From assembly GCA_036785375.1 (NCBI GenBank), contig JAWMAR010000078.1, positions 1,674,001 to 1,738,000 of the forward strand: 64,000 nt of DNA. Reading direction: 5' to 3'. A model generated the notes under the pieces. It ran no database searches. It saw only the letters and a list, made by a program, of their open reading frames with translations, and was not told the DNA's origin. Numbering within the stretch: position 1 is the stretch's first letter; each line of letters begins with the position of its first letter. A program made the position numbers and the translations under genes. The DNA comes from Leucoraja ocellata (lineage: Eukaryota). Below, one piece after another: positions 26,209 through 38,828 of the stretch.

Positions 26209-26487
26209 AAGTGCCGGGGACCCGGGGCCTGGGCGCTGGGGCTGGTTCTGGGGGCAGCAGCGCTGCTGCTCCGGGCCCGAGGGGAGGGAGAGGAGCGGGA
26301 CCAGGGGCAAGGACTAGGCCACAGCCTTGGCCTCTCTCTCGCCCGGCTCCAGCCCGCTCGGCCCGTCACCTCCCCCCCTCCCCCCCCCCCCCCCCCCACA
26401 GGCACCCACCTCAAGTACAACTTCATTGCTGACATGGTGGAGAAAACGGGGCCAGCGGTGGTTTACATCAAGATCCTAGGGATGTGA
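26209..26487 (+). pseudogene. HTRA2: Captured fragment of HTRA2/Omi serine protease exon 1
   Basis: Open frame [91 protein letters not shown]|AT gtgagg; matches recalled HTRA2 AWLAVALGAGGAVLLLL...[32 protein letters not shown]. Confidence 0.85.
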
Positions 26488-27040
26488 GGAAGGAGTGGGG
26501 GGATTGAGGGAGAAGAGGCAGTAGGGAGGGAGAGGAAGGAGAAAGTGGGAGAGGTGAGGAGAGCGAGTGGGGGAGGAGGGGGGATAGAGGGAGGGTAGTG
26601 GGGGAGGTAGGGAGTGGTGGATGGAGGGAGAGGAGGGAGGTGAGTGACAGTGGGGGGATGGGATAGGGGGGAGGTGAGGAGTGTGGGGAGGAGGCAGATA
26701 GAGGGAGAGGAGTGGGTAGGGAAGGGAGAGGGGTTTAGGAGGGAGAGGGGAATGACTGAGGATAGGGGAAAGGAGAGGGAGGGAGATGTGAGTGGGGGAG
26801 TGGATGAGGAGAGAATAGAAGTGAGAGGGTGAAGAGGAGGGGAGGAGTGCTTGGGGATGAGGGGGACTGGAGGAGGATAGGGGTAGGAAGACGGAAGGCT
26901 AGGTAATGGAGAAGTGGAGGGGGAAGAGAGAGGAGGGGAGGGAGTGGGTGAGGGGAGGAAGCAGAGGAGGGTTGGTGGAGGCTGGGGAGAGGAAGGATAA
27001 TGCAAGAAGGGAATATGGGGACTGAAGAAAGAGAATGAGA
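26484..27040 (+). repeat. G/A-rich low-complexity tract inside the Helitron
   Basis: Strongly purine-biased GGA/GGGA repeats. Confidence 0.85.
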
Positions 27041-28717
27041 TGCGTTCACATTGATTGCCATTTTATTGCCATTTTAAACTTTAAAAACATCAGCCGCACC
27101 TGCGCAGTTGGAGGGTATGGGTCAGCGGTGCAATATTGCGTTGGGGGAACGGGGCCCAATGGGTCCCACTTGGTCTAGCTTAGTAATAATTTTGCACACA
27201 CACAGAGTAATTAGAATCTGCTTCTCTCAAAAGTATCGTTTTGTCTGTTTTTTAAAATTGTCTTCAACAATCATGTTGATAATTTAATTTTAACAATCAT
27301 AGAATAAACAATCATTCAAATAGTGCAACAAGTTTTTCTGCAATTATATGAGATTGGACTGTGAATTTCAAGAAGCCATCAATGGCACACAGTTCAATAG
27401 ATAATTAGTTAATCTTTTCTCTGATTAACCATTGAAAGACATATTGCACAAAATGTTTTGAAGAGATCATTTTGCTACAACATAGTACACTTAGCATGGT
27501 ACAAAGGCTTCAAGCTTTTGTAAGGAAGCTTTTTAAAGTGGATAGTAGGGAACTCTAGGGGCTCTAGGGGCTCTATAGAGCTCTAGGGGTTAGTGGAGTC
27601 ACGGGGTATGGGGAAAAGGCAGGTACGGGTTATTGATAGGGAATGATCAGCCATGATCACAATGAATGGTGGTGCTGGCTCGAAGGGCCGAATGGCCTCC
27701 TCCTGCACCCATTTTATATGTTTCTATGAAATAAGCATCATCAATTTTGGATGCCCAGGTGAGGAATACCTAAATTTTCAAGATCAAAAAATTACTAATA
27801 ACAAAAATCTGCGGGGAAAAAAACCGGAAGCACTCAGCAGATCAGGCAGCATCATTAATGTTTCACATTGAACACTGCCATCTTTACCAGTTATGAGGAT
27901 GAGTCTTCAACCTAAAATGGTTGTTGTTTCAACTTAAATGTGGATGTTGTTTCTCTAGCCACAGATATTCACTAACCTGCTAAATACTTCCAGTATTATT
28001 TTTCAGATGGCCAGATTTCAACTTCAAATCGCCATGTGCTTTCATCCTTTATTTTGTCTTTCACTTCCACCAGATTCACAAACAGCTTCTTTTCAACTGT
28101 TTGTGAATCTGGTGGTAGTGAAAGACAAAAGACTACTGTTAAAATACTGTGAAAGACTACTGAATGAACTTCTCTTATGCTAAGCCTGTATTCCTGATCT
28201 TCCAACCTACCTTGTTATTTCCCCCTGCACTTTTACAAAATCTGAACTTTCTCGGTTGAAGTAACACTATATTCAATAATCTGGTTATATTTTCCATTTG
28301 CACTACCTGTTTTGCTCATGTATGTTATGATTTGATGAAATAGCATGCAAAACATTTTTTAAATTATATATGTGACAATAATAAACCAATACCAATATCA
28401 CTGAGGTCCATATGTTTTTTAATGGAGTGGAATAGATGCCAGACTTGATGGGATAGGGGCTATGGGGTTGTCTGTTATTGTTCTAAAGCTTGGTGTGTTC
28501 TTAGCTATTCTTTTACACTGAGCCAAAAAAAACTTTGAGGGAAATTAACAAAAACTTGGTCAAGGTTTTTAAGATACAGCTCTGAGAGAGATAGGTCAAA
28601 GTGGAGATTTAGGTCGTACATTTCAGTTGATTCAGTCAATGGTAAAGTGAAGGATTGTCCAAGGGATAATGACTGAAAAAAATCCACTTAATTCACAGGC
28701 TTCAGCAGGTAACAGGT

Positions 28718-29035
28718 CGGCATTGTGGCACAGCTGGTTCGGCTGTTGCCTCACTGTGCCAGAGACCTGGATTCCATCCTGACCTCAGGGGCTGACTATG
28801 TGGAGTTTGCATGTTCTTCCTGTAACTGTATGGGTTTCCTCCAGGTGCTCATGTATCCTCCCACACCACAAAGACATGCAGATTTATAAATTAATTGGCC
28901 TTTGTCAAATTGTTCCAAATGTGTAGCGAGTGATATAAGAAAGTGATATAACGTGGAACTAGCGTGAATGGGTTATTGATGGTAAGCTTGTACACAGTTG
29001 GCCAAATAATCCATTTTCATACTTCATCTCTAAAC
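28718..29035 (+). mobile_element. HE1/V-SINE
   Basis: ggcattgtggcacagctgg...tggagtttgcatgttcttcc... Confidence 0.75.
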
Positions 29036-31320
29036 TTAACAGTGAGAAGAATGTGTAAGATCTTGAAACCATAAACACAAGAATTATAAAATTAAGTTTT
29101 GAGGTCCAGTTATAATCCTCAAAATTGAAAATAAAAATAAATCCAGATTTCTAAGATTTCTAAGATTTCTAGGTTTCTAAGATAAAAACTGAAAATTCAG
29201 GAAAACTCATCTGTGGAAAAATAAACAGAGTTAATGTCTCCATTTGACGAGCCTTTGTCAGAAAAACAAAAATATTGAATTAATGTGATGCCACAAGTTA
29301 GGAAAGGAGCTGGAGAATTTTAGCTCAAGATATTTGATTTGTGTTGCTTAGTAGCACATTCAAGACTGCCTTTGCCTAATGAACTGCAAGACAGTCCTCT
29401 ATTTATCCAGGAAAGTACATCTGTTGATTAAAAACATCCATGTTTGACATAACACATGTTACCATAAAGAAATAAAGGGCTTGTATTTATTTGTATATTC
29501 CACAGTGATTAACCCCAAAGCTTGTTACATTGGGAAAAAATACTTTAGAGTGCATTCTCTCCTGTGAGGAAAAATAGTGTTTAATTTTTGCACAGCAAGG
29601 TTCACATGCTAAAAGCCATCTCACATCTTGACAGATAAAATAAGTGTGAAAATTCAGGCAGCCACTGTGCTTGGCTGTGGTATGGGAGAAGTGCCAGAAG
29701 TCTGAGTAGCAGATCTATTCATCGTCACTACATATCATTTTCCCCATGGAGGTTGGAGCACACATGTTTTTTCAGGCTTGCCGTTAGCCATTTGACTATG
29801 CAATAAATGCACCAGCCTTTATTTGTCTTTGCTGGATGGTGTGGTTGTAAACAGTATTTTCTCATTTGTCAGTTGAAATGCTAAACTCCTTGAGAGCTTA
29901 CGTGACATTATTGCTGCAGAAGTGCTTTGGGTTTACATTATAACATAAAAACAAGAATAGATGTGGGCCATTTGGCCCCTCGTGCCTCCTATGCAATTCA
30001 TTCGCTGCGGCAATTATTCTCTGCTTTAGCTCCATATACTTTGAGTCCCATGTCCTGAAAATCGATCAATACCTGGCTTTGAGATACTCAAAGATTGAGC
30101 TTCTACTGCCTAATTTAGCAGCAAATTCAAAAAAAGATGCACCAAGCTCCAGGTGAAGTGCTTTCTTCTCATCCCTGTCCTAAATGACAGACCCATTGTT
30201 TTGAGATTGTGGCCCTCTGATACAATATGCCGCACCAGGGGAAGCATCAACTCTACACCATTCCTACCATGCTCTGTGGGCATTATGAATGAGAATACAT
30301 CTCATACTCCTAAACTGAAGTGAGCATAGATTTATTCTACTTAAAATCTTCTGGTACAATGAATTTGCTACCTGGTCAGCCTTCACTACACTCCTTAAGT
30401 ATATCGTTCTTTGGTTATTTTGCACCATGTATAGTTCTGAAATTGGCTCTAATATGCAGCCTTTGACAGATTATCTACATGGCAAGCCAGCAAAGCCTAC
30501 GAGTGGCCAGCATTGTTGCATTGACTGTTGGTCTGGTCTCACTTGGATCCACTTGGTTATCTGTTAATCCCAGGTGACTCCAAGACTTTTTCTGAAACTG
30601 TAAAGGTTACATTTGTTCAATCTTTGCTCTTTCGTGGAGAACATGATACAGGTTTCCCTGCCACAACAAAAAGAAGTGAAAACACTAGCCAATGAAACAG
30701 ATGTATGAACCAGATTAGCAGTTTGGTTGTTCCAGGCAAATGAATTAAGTTAGGAAAGGATACAAAGTGTTGGATTGAGCAATGAGCAGTGTCCAATGAC
30801 AGTGATTGCAATATAAATACAAAGGGTAGATATGGCCCAGGTAATATGTAGATCCTTTCACTTAAATATAGTGTAAGGAAAAAAAAGTCCTATCAACTTA
30901 ATGCTTTGCCATGCACCAATTAGAATAATTCCAGTCAAAATCTAGATATTTTTACAAATTAATAGGTTCGATGACACTGTCAAGATTCATCAGACGTTGA
31001 AGTACTTTTCAAATTCTGCACGTTCATATTTCCAAATCAATATATTTTGTGATTTGTGATTGTGGCTTTTGATTAAAAAACTCAGAAATGTATGTATTGC
31101 TCAGAACTCTCTGCTTAAATAGTTTTTAGCAGTCACTATTAATATTCAGCTTGATTTAAACCTTAATAATATAGCTATAGAATTTAAATTGGCATGACAA
31201 TATTTTGCATTTAGGATACGGTAGTGATTCAAGTTTGTAACTGTGATAGAAGAAATCTCCATTGGAAGGTGATGAATTACTTGATTAAAACATTTAAATT
31301 TCTTATTTATCATACATCAG

Positions 31321-31427
31321 CACTTCGTTCATGCTCCATGAATGAGTTTACCTGTGCCAACGGTCGTTGTGTTGCTGCCAGATGGAGATGTGATGGAGAT
31401 TATGATTGCTCTGATAGCTCAGATGAA
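31321..31427 (+). CDS. LRP1/LRP1B-family exon, LDLa repeat (CR27-like)
   Basis: catcAG|CA CTT...GAT GAA|GTaagt; 107 nt, phase 1-0; (A)[35 protein letters not shown]. Confidence 0.95.
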
Positions 31428-32904
31428 GTAAGTACTCATCCTCTTATTACTTTTTAGAGACAAATGGAGACAAACAGATTTTGCACACAATGTGTGAAAT
31501 GTATTTCAAGTCCTTCCCAAGGTCACACATGCTCAGATCATATTCCCATATCCCGGTTATCCAAATTTGAACTTCAAGCCCTAAATATATGTTTTCACCA
31601 TTTGCATCTTACAATAATTCACTTTTTGCAATGTGGTTCACTCCATCAGCTATTTCTCATTATAAATTTTGAATAAAGAATCAAGTTCTCAAAATCATCA
31701 TACATTGCCTCTCACAAACACACAACACTTTCAAAACACATACATCCATACAATGCCGCACGAAATTCTTCCTACACATCACTCAACTCCACTGATTTAC
31801 ACCGCCTCTTTGACCCACAAAGTATTAAATTTAACAGCACACAAAAAAGGAAATCAGGTTAGGAGTCGACTGTCTGGGCCTTCATGTTTAATACCATTCA
31901 TGTCTAATCTTCAACTACATCGCCATTCACCTGCGCTAATCCTCTAATTCCCATGATTTCCTTAATAGCCACAAATCTATCAATCTTGAATTAGGTGACT
32001 GATCCTCCACAGCCCTTTGGGTTAGAGCATTTAAAAGATTCACTAACCACACATGAAGAATTTTCTCCTCATCTCAGTGCTAAATGGGCTATCCTTCAGT
32101 CTGAGACCAAGATGTCTGGTTCTTGACTCCTTGCCCATGGAAAACCCCTCTGCATCCAGCCTGCATAATTTTTGAAATTTCAATGAGATCTCCCCTCATT
32201 CTTCTAAATTTGAGAGAATGCAGACCTTAGCTACTCAAACTAAAACTATAGCGCAAACCCAGCATCCCTAGTGTAATGAACTGTTGCAGGACTCCCATTA
32301 TGATAAAGGCCAATATGCTATATGCTTTCCCTAATCCTACTGATGGACCTCCTGCATGTTGTTGTTTTTTTCAGTGGCATCTCCTTAAGAATATCACTGA
32401 TCCTTTGAACATTAACATTATCCAATCTCTTACCACTTAAAACCCTTGTCGAATATTTTCTCTGGCCTTACCCCTCCTTACCTCAACAAAATCTTCAGTT
32501 TTGTATATTCAGCAATACCCTCAGCCAAATCTCCTGACCACATTACCTCTTCCCCCCTAATCTTTGTAGCATAGATTTTAGTTGCCTTGACCAAAGTCTG
32601 GATCTCTAAGACACTCACCTTTTGAAAACTTTAGACTTTTCAACGGAGTATTTTTTTTGTTAACTGCTACCATTCCCCCAACTGTATTTTTTTTTTCGTC
32701 CTCCTCTGAAATGTCTTGGGGGGTTTTCAGGACAAGACATGCAGGATGTGGTCAAATATTATTTATTTTAATATATTGGTACAAATACTGTGGGTGGAGT
32801 TGGTGATTGCTCAACGTATACACAGGTAATTCATCAACTCGCATTTTCCCCACAATTGCTCTCATGTTTTACATGCAAATCAAATTCAAAGCATAATGGT
32901 GTAA

Positions 32905-33500
32905 GAGGGAACCACAGATGCTGGTTTACATCGAAGATAGAGAGACAAAATGCTAGAGTTACTCAACGGGTCAGGCAGCATCTCTGGAGAAAAGGAATAG
33001 GTGACGTTTCAGGGGAGAGGGAAACTAGAAGTATGAAAAGGTACAGAACAAATCACAGCCGGCACCGATAACTCAAGAAAAGTGAAGCCCACAATGGTCC
33101 ATTGTTGGTGTTGGAAAAGCTGATAATGAAACATAGAAAATAGGTGCAGGAGTGGGCCATTCGGCCCTTCGAGCCAGCATCTCTATTCAATATAATCATG
33201 GCTGATCATCCTAAATCAGTACCCCGCTCCTGCTTTTTCCCCATATCCCTTGATTCCGTAGTGTTACAAACAGTGAAACTAGCTAGATGACTTGAGTGTG
33301 GGAGGGACAGAGAGAGAGAGGGAATGCAAGGGTTACCTGAAATTAGAAAAATCAATATGCTGCCCAAGCAAAATATACGAGGTTATGTTCCTCCAATTTG
33401 CATGTGGCCTCACTTTGGCAGTAGAGGAAGCTCAGGGCAGAATGGGAATTAGTTAAAATGTTTTGTAACTGGGAGATCGCGTAGGCCAAGGCATATGTGT
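32905..33500 (-). mobile_element. Penelope-like element 3' end (GIY-YIG C-terminus plus terminal repeat) with a nested CR1 tail (33130-33260)
   Basis: Minus-strand LYCQSEATCKLEEHNLVY, typical of the PLE GIY-YIG end, continuing into the hairpin-family sequence. Confidence 0.75.
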
Positions 33501-34099
33501 TCAGCAAAATTTGCAGTCTCATCGATATATTGTAGACAGGAGAAGATACTACTGAAATAGATATATCTATATATATTCCCAAATGTTTATTTATATGTCT
33601 CTATATTTCTTAGCCTATATATTTCAATATGTGGATATGTCTGTACATTTGCGTGCATCCACATGTTTGTTCAAATACATGTGTATATGCTAGGCTTGTA
33701 AAGCAGAACTCAACTTGGATGTCATTACTAATGCTTCAAGACCTTGCTCTGTCAAATTTGTGTGGTGGTTAATGTGCAACAACTGCCATACATTAGAATA
33801 ATTCATACACAGGCATCTTCCACTCCTCAGAGCTGGAGTGAAAGGAACTCATCCTTGATCTCACGAGACTTCTACAGTGGATAAACAGCAATACACTGCC
33901 ACCTGCTGTCCTGCATCAACAATTTCAGAAGGTGTTTGGTTAATTCATACTGATACTACAGAAAAAAAAATGCTTACAAATTTTATTTAAGAATATATTT
34001 TAATTTTGATTATAATGTTTTTGCTGCTTACTGCAATTACCTATTTTTTTTTAATTAAAACTTCAGAAATCTAATACATTTTAATGATTATGTACTTAC

Positions 34100-34400
34100 T
34101 GATTTTAGAGTTACAGTGTGAGAGCAGGCCCTTCAGCTCACCGATTCCGCACCGACCAATGATCAGCCCATACACCAACGCTATCCCACACACTACGGAC
34201 AAATTTACAACTTTACTGAAGGCAATTAACCTACAAACCTGAACGTCTTTACAGTGTGGGAGAAAACTAGAGCACCTGCAAAAAACTCACGCAGTCACAG
34301 GGAGAACATACAAACTCCGTGCAGACAGCACCCGGAGTCATGATTGAACCCAGGTCTCTGGCGCTGTAAAGCACTAACTCTACAGCTGCACCACGGTGTC
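34100..34400 (-). mobile_element. HE1/V-SINE
   Basis: Reverse complement of the SINE at 41512. Confidence 0.8.
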
Positions 34401-35427
34401 ACCTACTGTTTTAAGATAATATTTTAACCACTCTCCACCTCAGTTTAAACACCATTGTCAGCTGTACAACTCAACATTGAAGACAATGTATTTCTGCCTG
34501 GCATACTCCTGACTGAGGTCAACATCATCATGTAAAAAGACTCATGAATAGTATGAGAGAAATCTTTGAGAATAATCATACACCATAAAAATGCAAATTG
34601 TCGAAAACATCAAGTAAATGGTGATACTGATATACGAGCCTGCAAATGGCCACAAATAATTAATTCAGCTTCAGATGAGCATTTCATTCTTTACGCTTTT
34701 CACATTTTCTTCAACTTTAGTATAGCCCCATTACGAACCTCAGCTATGTTTCAGGCAACTGAATTACTTAATACACAGATACTTTGCTACATGCTGGAAT
34801 ATTGCATGGAAAGAGTTTCTCGAGAAGTGGTGCAGCTTGATTTATCCTCTGGAATCCCCTTTGTGTCAGTCGTATTTTTTAAGTCAGGGCGTGATGATGT
34901 AATGCATGGCAGATGATAACCAAGTCCTGCTAATCCATCCACTTCACTACTGCATGTGTTCTTGTAGTTTCATCAACATGATATGGCATTTGAGTTGGAG
35001 TTAATTTACAGAGATCGTTATACTTTGAGATTTATTTCCCTTTTTAAAATGCTTGTGTCGAAATCTCTGGAGAACTTTCTTTAATACCCGTTCAAACTTC
35101 TTCTGAATTATCAGACATTGATGGATAGTTTGTAGAAATATTTTTTTACAATCCTTCAAATCCATTCCCTTTGAGTGGCTTGGATAATTATCTGTTGATC
35201 TCTCCATTCTGTACATCCTGACAGATTTTGAGATCTAACAATGCTGTTTGTCAAAGTACAAACCAATTATATTCATTGCTTGCTGGAGTGCTTTATATAT
35301 TCCTCTTCAGAAAATTATTTGAAGAAATTAATAAACTGCAAATGCCATGGAGAAGTTTATATCATGCATTATTTTTCCATTGTACATTTTTTCGGTGTGT
35401 AAGTTTTAAAATCAAACTATTTATACC

Positions 35428-35649
35428 ATGTGTAGGAAAGAACTGCAGATGCTGGTTTAAATTGAAGGTAGACACAAAATGCTGGAGTAACTCAGCGGAA
35501 CAGGCAACATCTCTGGAGAGAAGGAATGGGCAACATTTTGGGTCAAGACCCTTCAGTCTGAAGAAGGATCGCAACCTGAAATGTCGCTCATTCCTTCTCT
35601 CCAGAGATGCTGCCTGTCCCGCTGAGTTACTCCAGCATTTTGTGTCTAT
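35428..35649. mobile_element. Palindromic Penelope-derived element
   Basis: Inverted arms around cccttcagtctgaagaagg. Confidence 0.8.
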
Positions 35650-36389
35650 TTATTCTACGTAGCTGGAGGTGAAAATCTATGATCTGCCATATCAAGTACT
35701 TTAGCTCCAACACACAATGCATACAAAGCCAGTTTTTATAGAGCAGAGACTGTGCAGGCCATTGTGCCTGCCAGTTCTTTGACAAACTATTCCAGCCAGT
35801 CCCACATTCTGGTACTTTCAGCAAAGCGTTACATTTTCTTTCAAGTACATGTCCAATTCCCTGATGGAGGCTATTATTAAATCTGCTTCCACACTTGTAT
35901 AGGGAATGCATTCCAAATTTTGAAAGCTTGCTGCATAAAAGAGAATTTTTCCTCCTATCTCCTCCAGTTATTTTGCCAATAACCTTTAATCTGCCTTCTC
36001 CGAAGGCCTGCTCACATGCCAGTGGCAAGAGATGGCTCACACTTGCTCTGTTGAAACTCTACATAATTTTGAGCGCTTTTGGTAATCCTCCCCTTAAGCA
36101 TCAAGGAGAAAAATGCCAGCTCTCATACCTGAAGGTCATTTCTGATACACTTTTAATAAATCACCTCCTTACCCTCTCTGAGTCTTCAATTTGCTTTTGA
36201 AATGGTGATGTCCAGAAATAAAGAATGTGCAGGATCATTCTCAACAATGGCTGATGGTTCCATAAAATGCTGCTCACACCATCTCTGTCACACAAAAGTG
36301 GATGCACCTGACTTCTCACTCTGGCTGGAATCTCTTCTGCTTCCAGGGAAGATGCACTGATCTGCTGAACTGAAGGGATGGCTTCAATA

Positions 36390-37146
36390 AACAATAGACA
36401 ATAGGTGCAGGAGTAGGCCATTTGGCCCTTCGAGCCAGCCCTGCCATTTAATGTGATCATGGCTGATCATCCCCAATCAGTACCCCGTTCCTGCCTTCTC
36501 CCCATATCCCCTGACTCCGCTATTTTTAAGAGCCCTATCTAGCTCTCTTTTGAAAGCATCCAGAGAACCTGCCTACAACGCCCACTGAGGCTGAGAATTC
36601 CACAGACTCACCACTCTCTGTGAGAAAAAGTGTTTCCTCATCTCCGTTCTAAATGGCTTGCTCCTTATTCTTAAACTGTGGCCCCTGGTTCTGGACTCCC
36701 CCAACATCGGGAACATATTTCCTGCCTCTAGTGTGTCCAAGCCCTTAACAATCTTATATGTTTCAATGAGATGCCCTCTCATCCTTCTAAACCCCAGAGT
36801 GTACAAGTCCAGCTGTTCCATTGTCTCAGCATATGACATTTCCGCCATCTCGGGAATTAACCTTGTAAACCTATGCTGCACTCCCTCAATAGCAAGATTG
36901 TCCTTCCTCAAATTAGGGGACCAAAACTGCACACAATACTCCAGGTGAGGTCTCACTAGGGCTCTGTACAACTGCAGACTCTTTGCTCCTATATTCGATT
37001 CCTCGTGTTATAAAGGCCAACATGCCATTCGCTTTCTTTACTGCCTGTACCTGTATGCTTACGTTCATAGAATGATGTACAAGGACACCCAGATCCCGTT
37101 GTACTTCCCCTTTTCCCAACTTGACGCCATTTAGATAGTAATCTGT
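36390..37146 (-). mobile_element. CR1/HER1 LINE 3' fragment
   Basis: YRALVRPHLEYCVQFWSPNLRKD...SQRVVSLWNS. Confidence 0.9.
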
Positions 37147-37984
37147 TTGAATTTGGCCAGTCAAGGCTGATATAAATAATGTGACCCCATTTACTTGAAT
37201 GTATTTGGCTGAACTTGAGCACAAAGTTGAGTGCAGCCATACTGTGTGTTCATTGATTGTATTTTGTTTAATAATCTTTATTTTTTTTAATTACTTAAAA
37301 CTCTTTGAACTAATTTTTAATATTTCCAAGAATCAGAAATGTAAAATTTTTACATGCCTAAGCCATAGAATCATCAATGAAACAGATCCTTGGACCCACC
37401 ATGTCCATGTAAGCCACCCATTTATTCTCATCTCATTTACAAGCACTTGGTCCACAGCCTTCTACATCTTGGTGATTCAAGTGCTCATCCATGTACTTCC
37501 TAATATTGTGAGTGTACCTGCCTGCGCCATCCATATCAATCAACTTATGCGTGAATAGACTCCTCAGATTTCTACAATCTTATCTCTTAGATTAAACCTA
37601 TGCCCTCTGGTTAGAGAAACATCTGCTGTGGCGAAAGGTTTCCGGCCATTTATTATTTCTCATAATTTGCATACCTCTCTCATTTTGTCTGTGGCCCTCT
37701 CTGCTCCATGGAAAGCAAACCCTAGCCTTTCCAGTCTCTAATAACTGAAACATTCCACCCGAGGCAATATCGCTACGAATCTCCTCTGCACCTTTTCCAG
37801 CATAGAACATGAAAATGTACAGCACATGAACACACTCTTCAACCCACAGTGTGTTTGTCAAACATGATGCCTAGTCAAACTTAAGTTTTATTTAGTTTAT
37901 TATTGACCCATGTATGTAGATACAGTGAAAGCATTGTTTTCTGTGCTATCCAATCAAATCATACCAATGGAAACACAAGGAACT

Positions 37985-38828
37985 AGATCCGGTAGGCGGC
38001 GCAACTCACGTCAGCATAGGCCTCTGCAGCCCGTCCGCGTTTTTATTATTTTTGTCTATGTTTTTATGTAGTTTTTGTTATTTTTTGTTGGGGTGTGTGT
38101 GTGGGGGGGTGGGGGTGGGGTGGGAGGGAGGGGGTAACTTTTAAATCTCTCCCTGCACGGTTGGGGCTGCAATGTGGAGCGGCCTCCAACAGGAGAAGAC
38201 CGGGGACTCTGGTGCCGACTCACCTCGTCGCGGAGCTGGCCGAGTCCGGAGCGGGTGGAGCGGTGGTGGAGCGCTGCTACTGCTGCGGCCCGACCTCCGG
38301 AGATTCGGAGGCTGCAACTGCGGGTCTGGCGGACGGCGGCACCGGGAGCCCGCGGGTCCCTGGAGGGAGACCGCTTTTCAGGGCTCCTGCAACGGCGACT
38401 TCTCCCGCCTGAGTTGCGGGATTGAAGAGCTCCTGGAGCGGGGCCTGACATCACCGCCCCGCGCGGCTTGGAATGGCCGCGGGACTCTGCGAGCGCACGC
38501 CGGGGGCTCTAACACCAAGACCCGGTGTGCGACCTTGCATCACCCGGCGTGGCTTTAATGGCCGCGGGACAATCGCCATCGCCAGCCGGGGACTTTGACT
38601 TTGACTCTGACATGGGGGGGGGGGGGGGGGGTGGGGGGAGAGTGCAGTGGAGAGATAAGTTTTTTTGGCCTTCCATCACAGCGATGTGATGGATGTTTAT
38701 GTAAAATGTAAATTATGTTGTGTCTTGGGTCTATTTGTTTGTAATGTATGGCTGCAGAAACGGCATTTCGTTTGGACCTCAAGGGGTCCAAATGACAATG
38801 AAATTGAATTGAATTGAATTGAATTGAA
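37985..38828 (+). mobile_element. GC-rich non-autonomous retroposon with a Rex1/Babar-type 3' end
   Basis: 3' atttcgtttggacctcaaggggtccaaatgacaatgaa then (ATTGA)n; interrupts a Penelope hairpin (aaggaact|...|actgcagatgc). Confidence 0.6.

Larger units (their letters stand above)
25857..27178 (+). mobile_element. Non-autonomous Helitron carrying a captured gene fragment
   Basis: 5' a|TC...tatatattactaaaactctc followed by (GTTT)n; 3' hairpin ggggccca-a-tgggtccc then acttggtCTAG (27175-27178); no TIR or TSD seen; 5' boundary approximate. Confidence 0.75.

Noticed and set aside
26095-26487. A functional nested HTRA2 gene
   Set aside because: No start codon or targeting presequence, no downstream protease or PDZ exons seen, substitutions at conserved sites, and it lies inside a TE.
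26463-27061. Pro/Ser-rich minus-strand ORFs resembling extensin or mucin
   Set aside because: Artefact of the G/A low-complexity tract.
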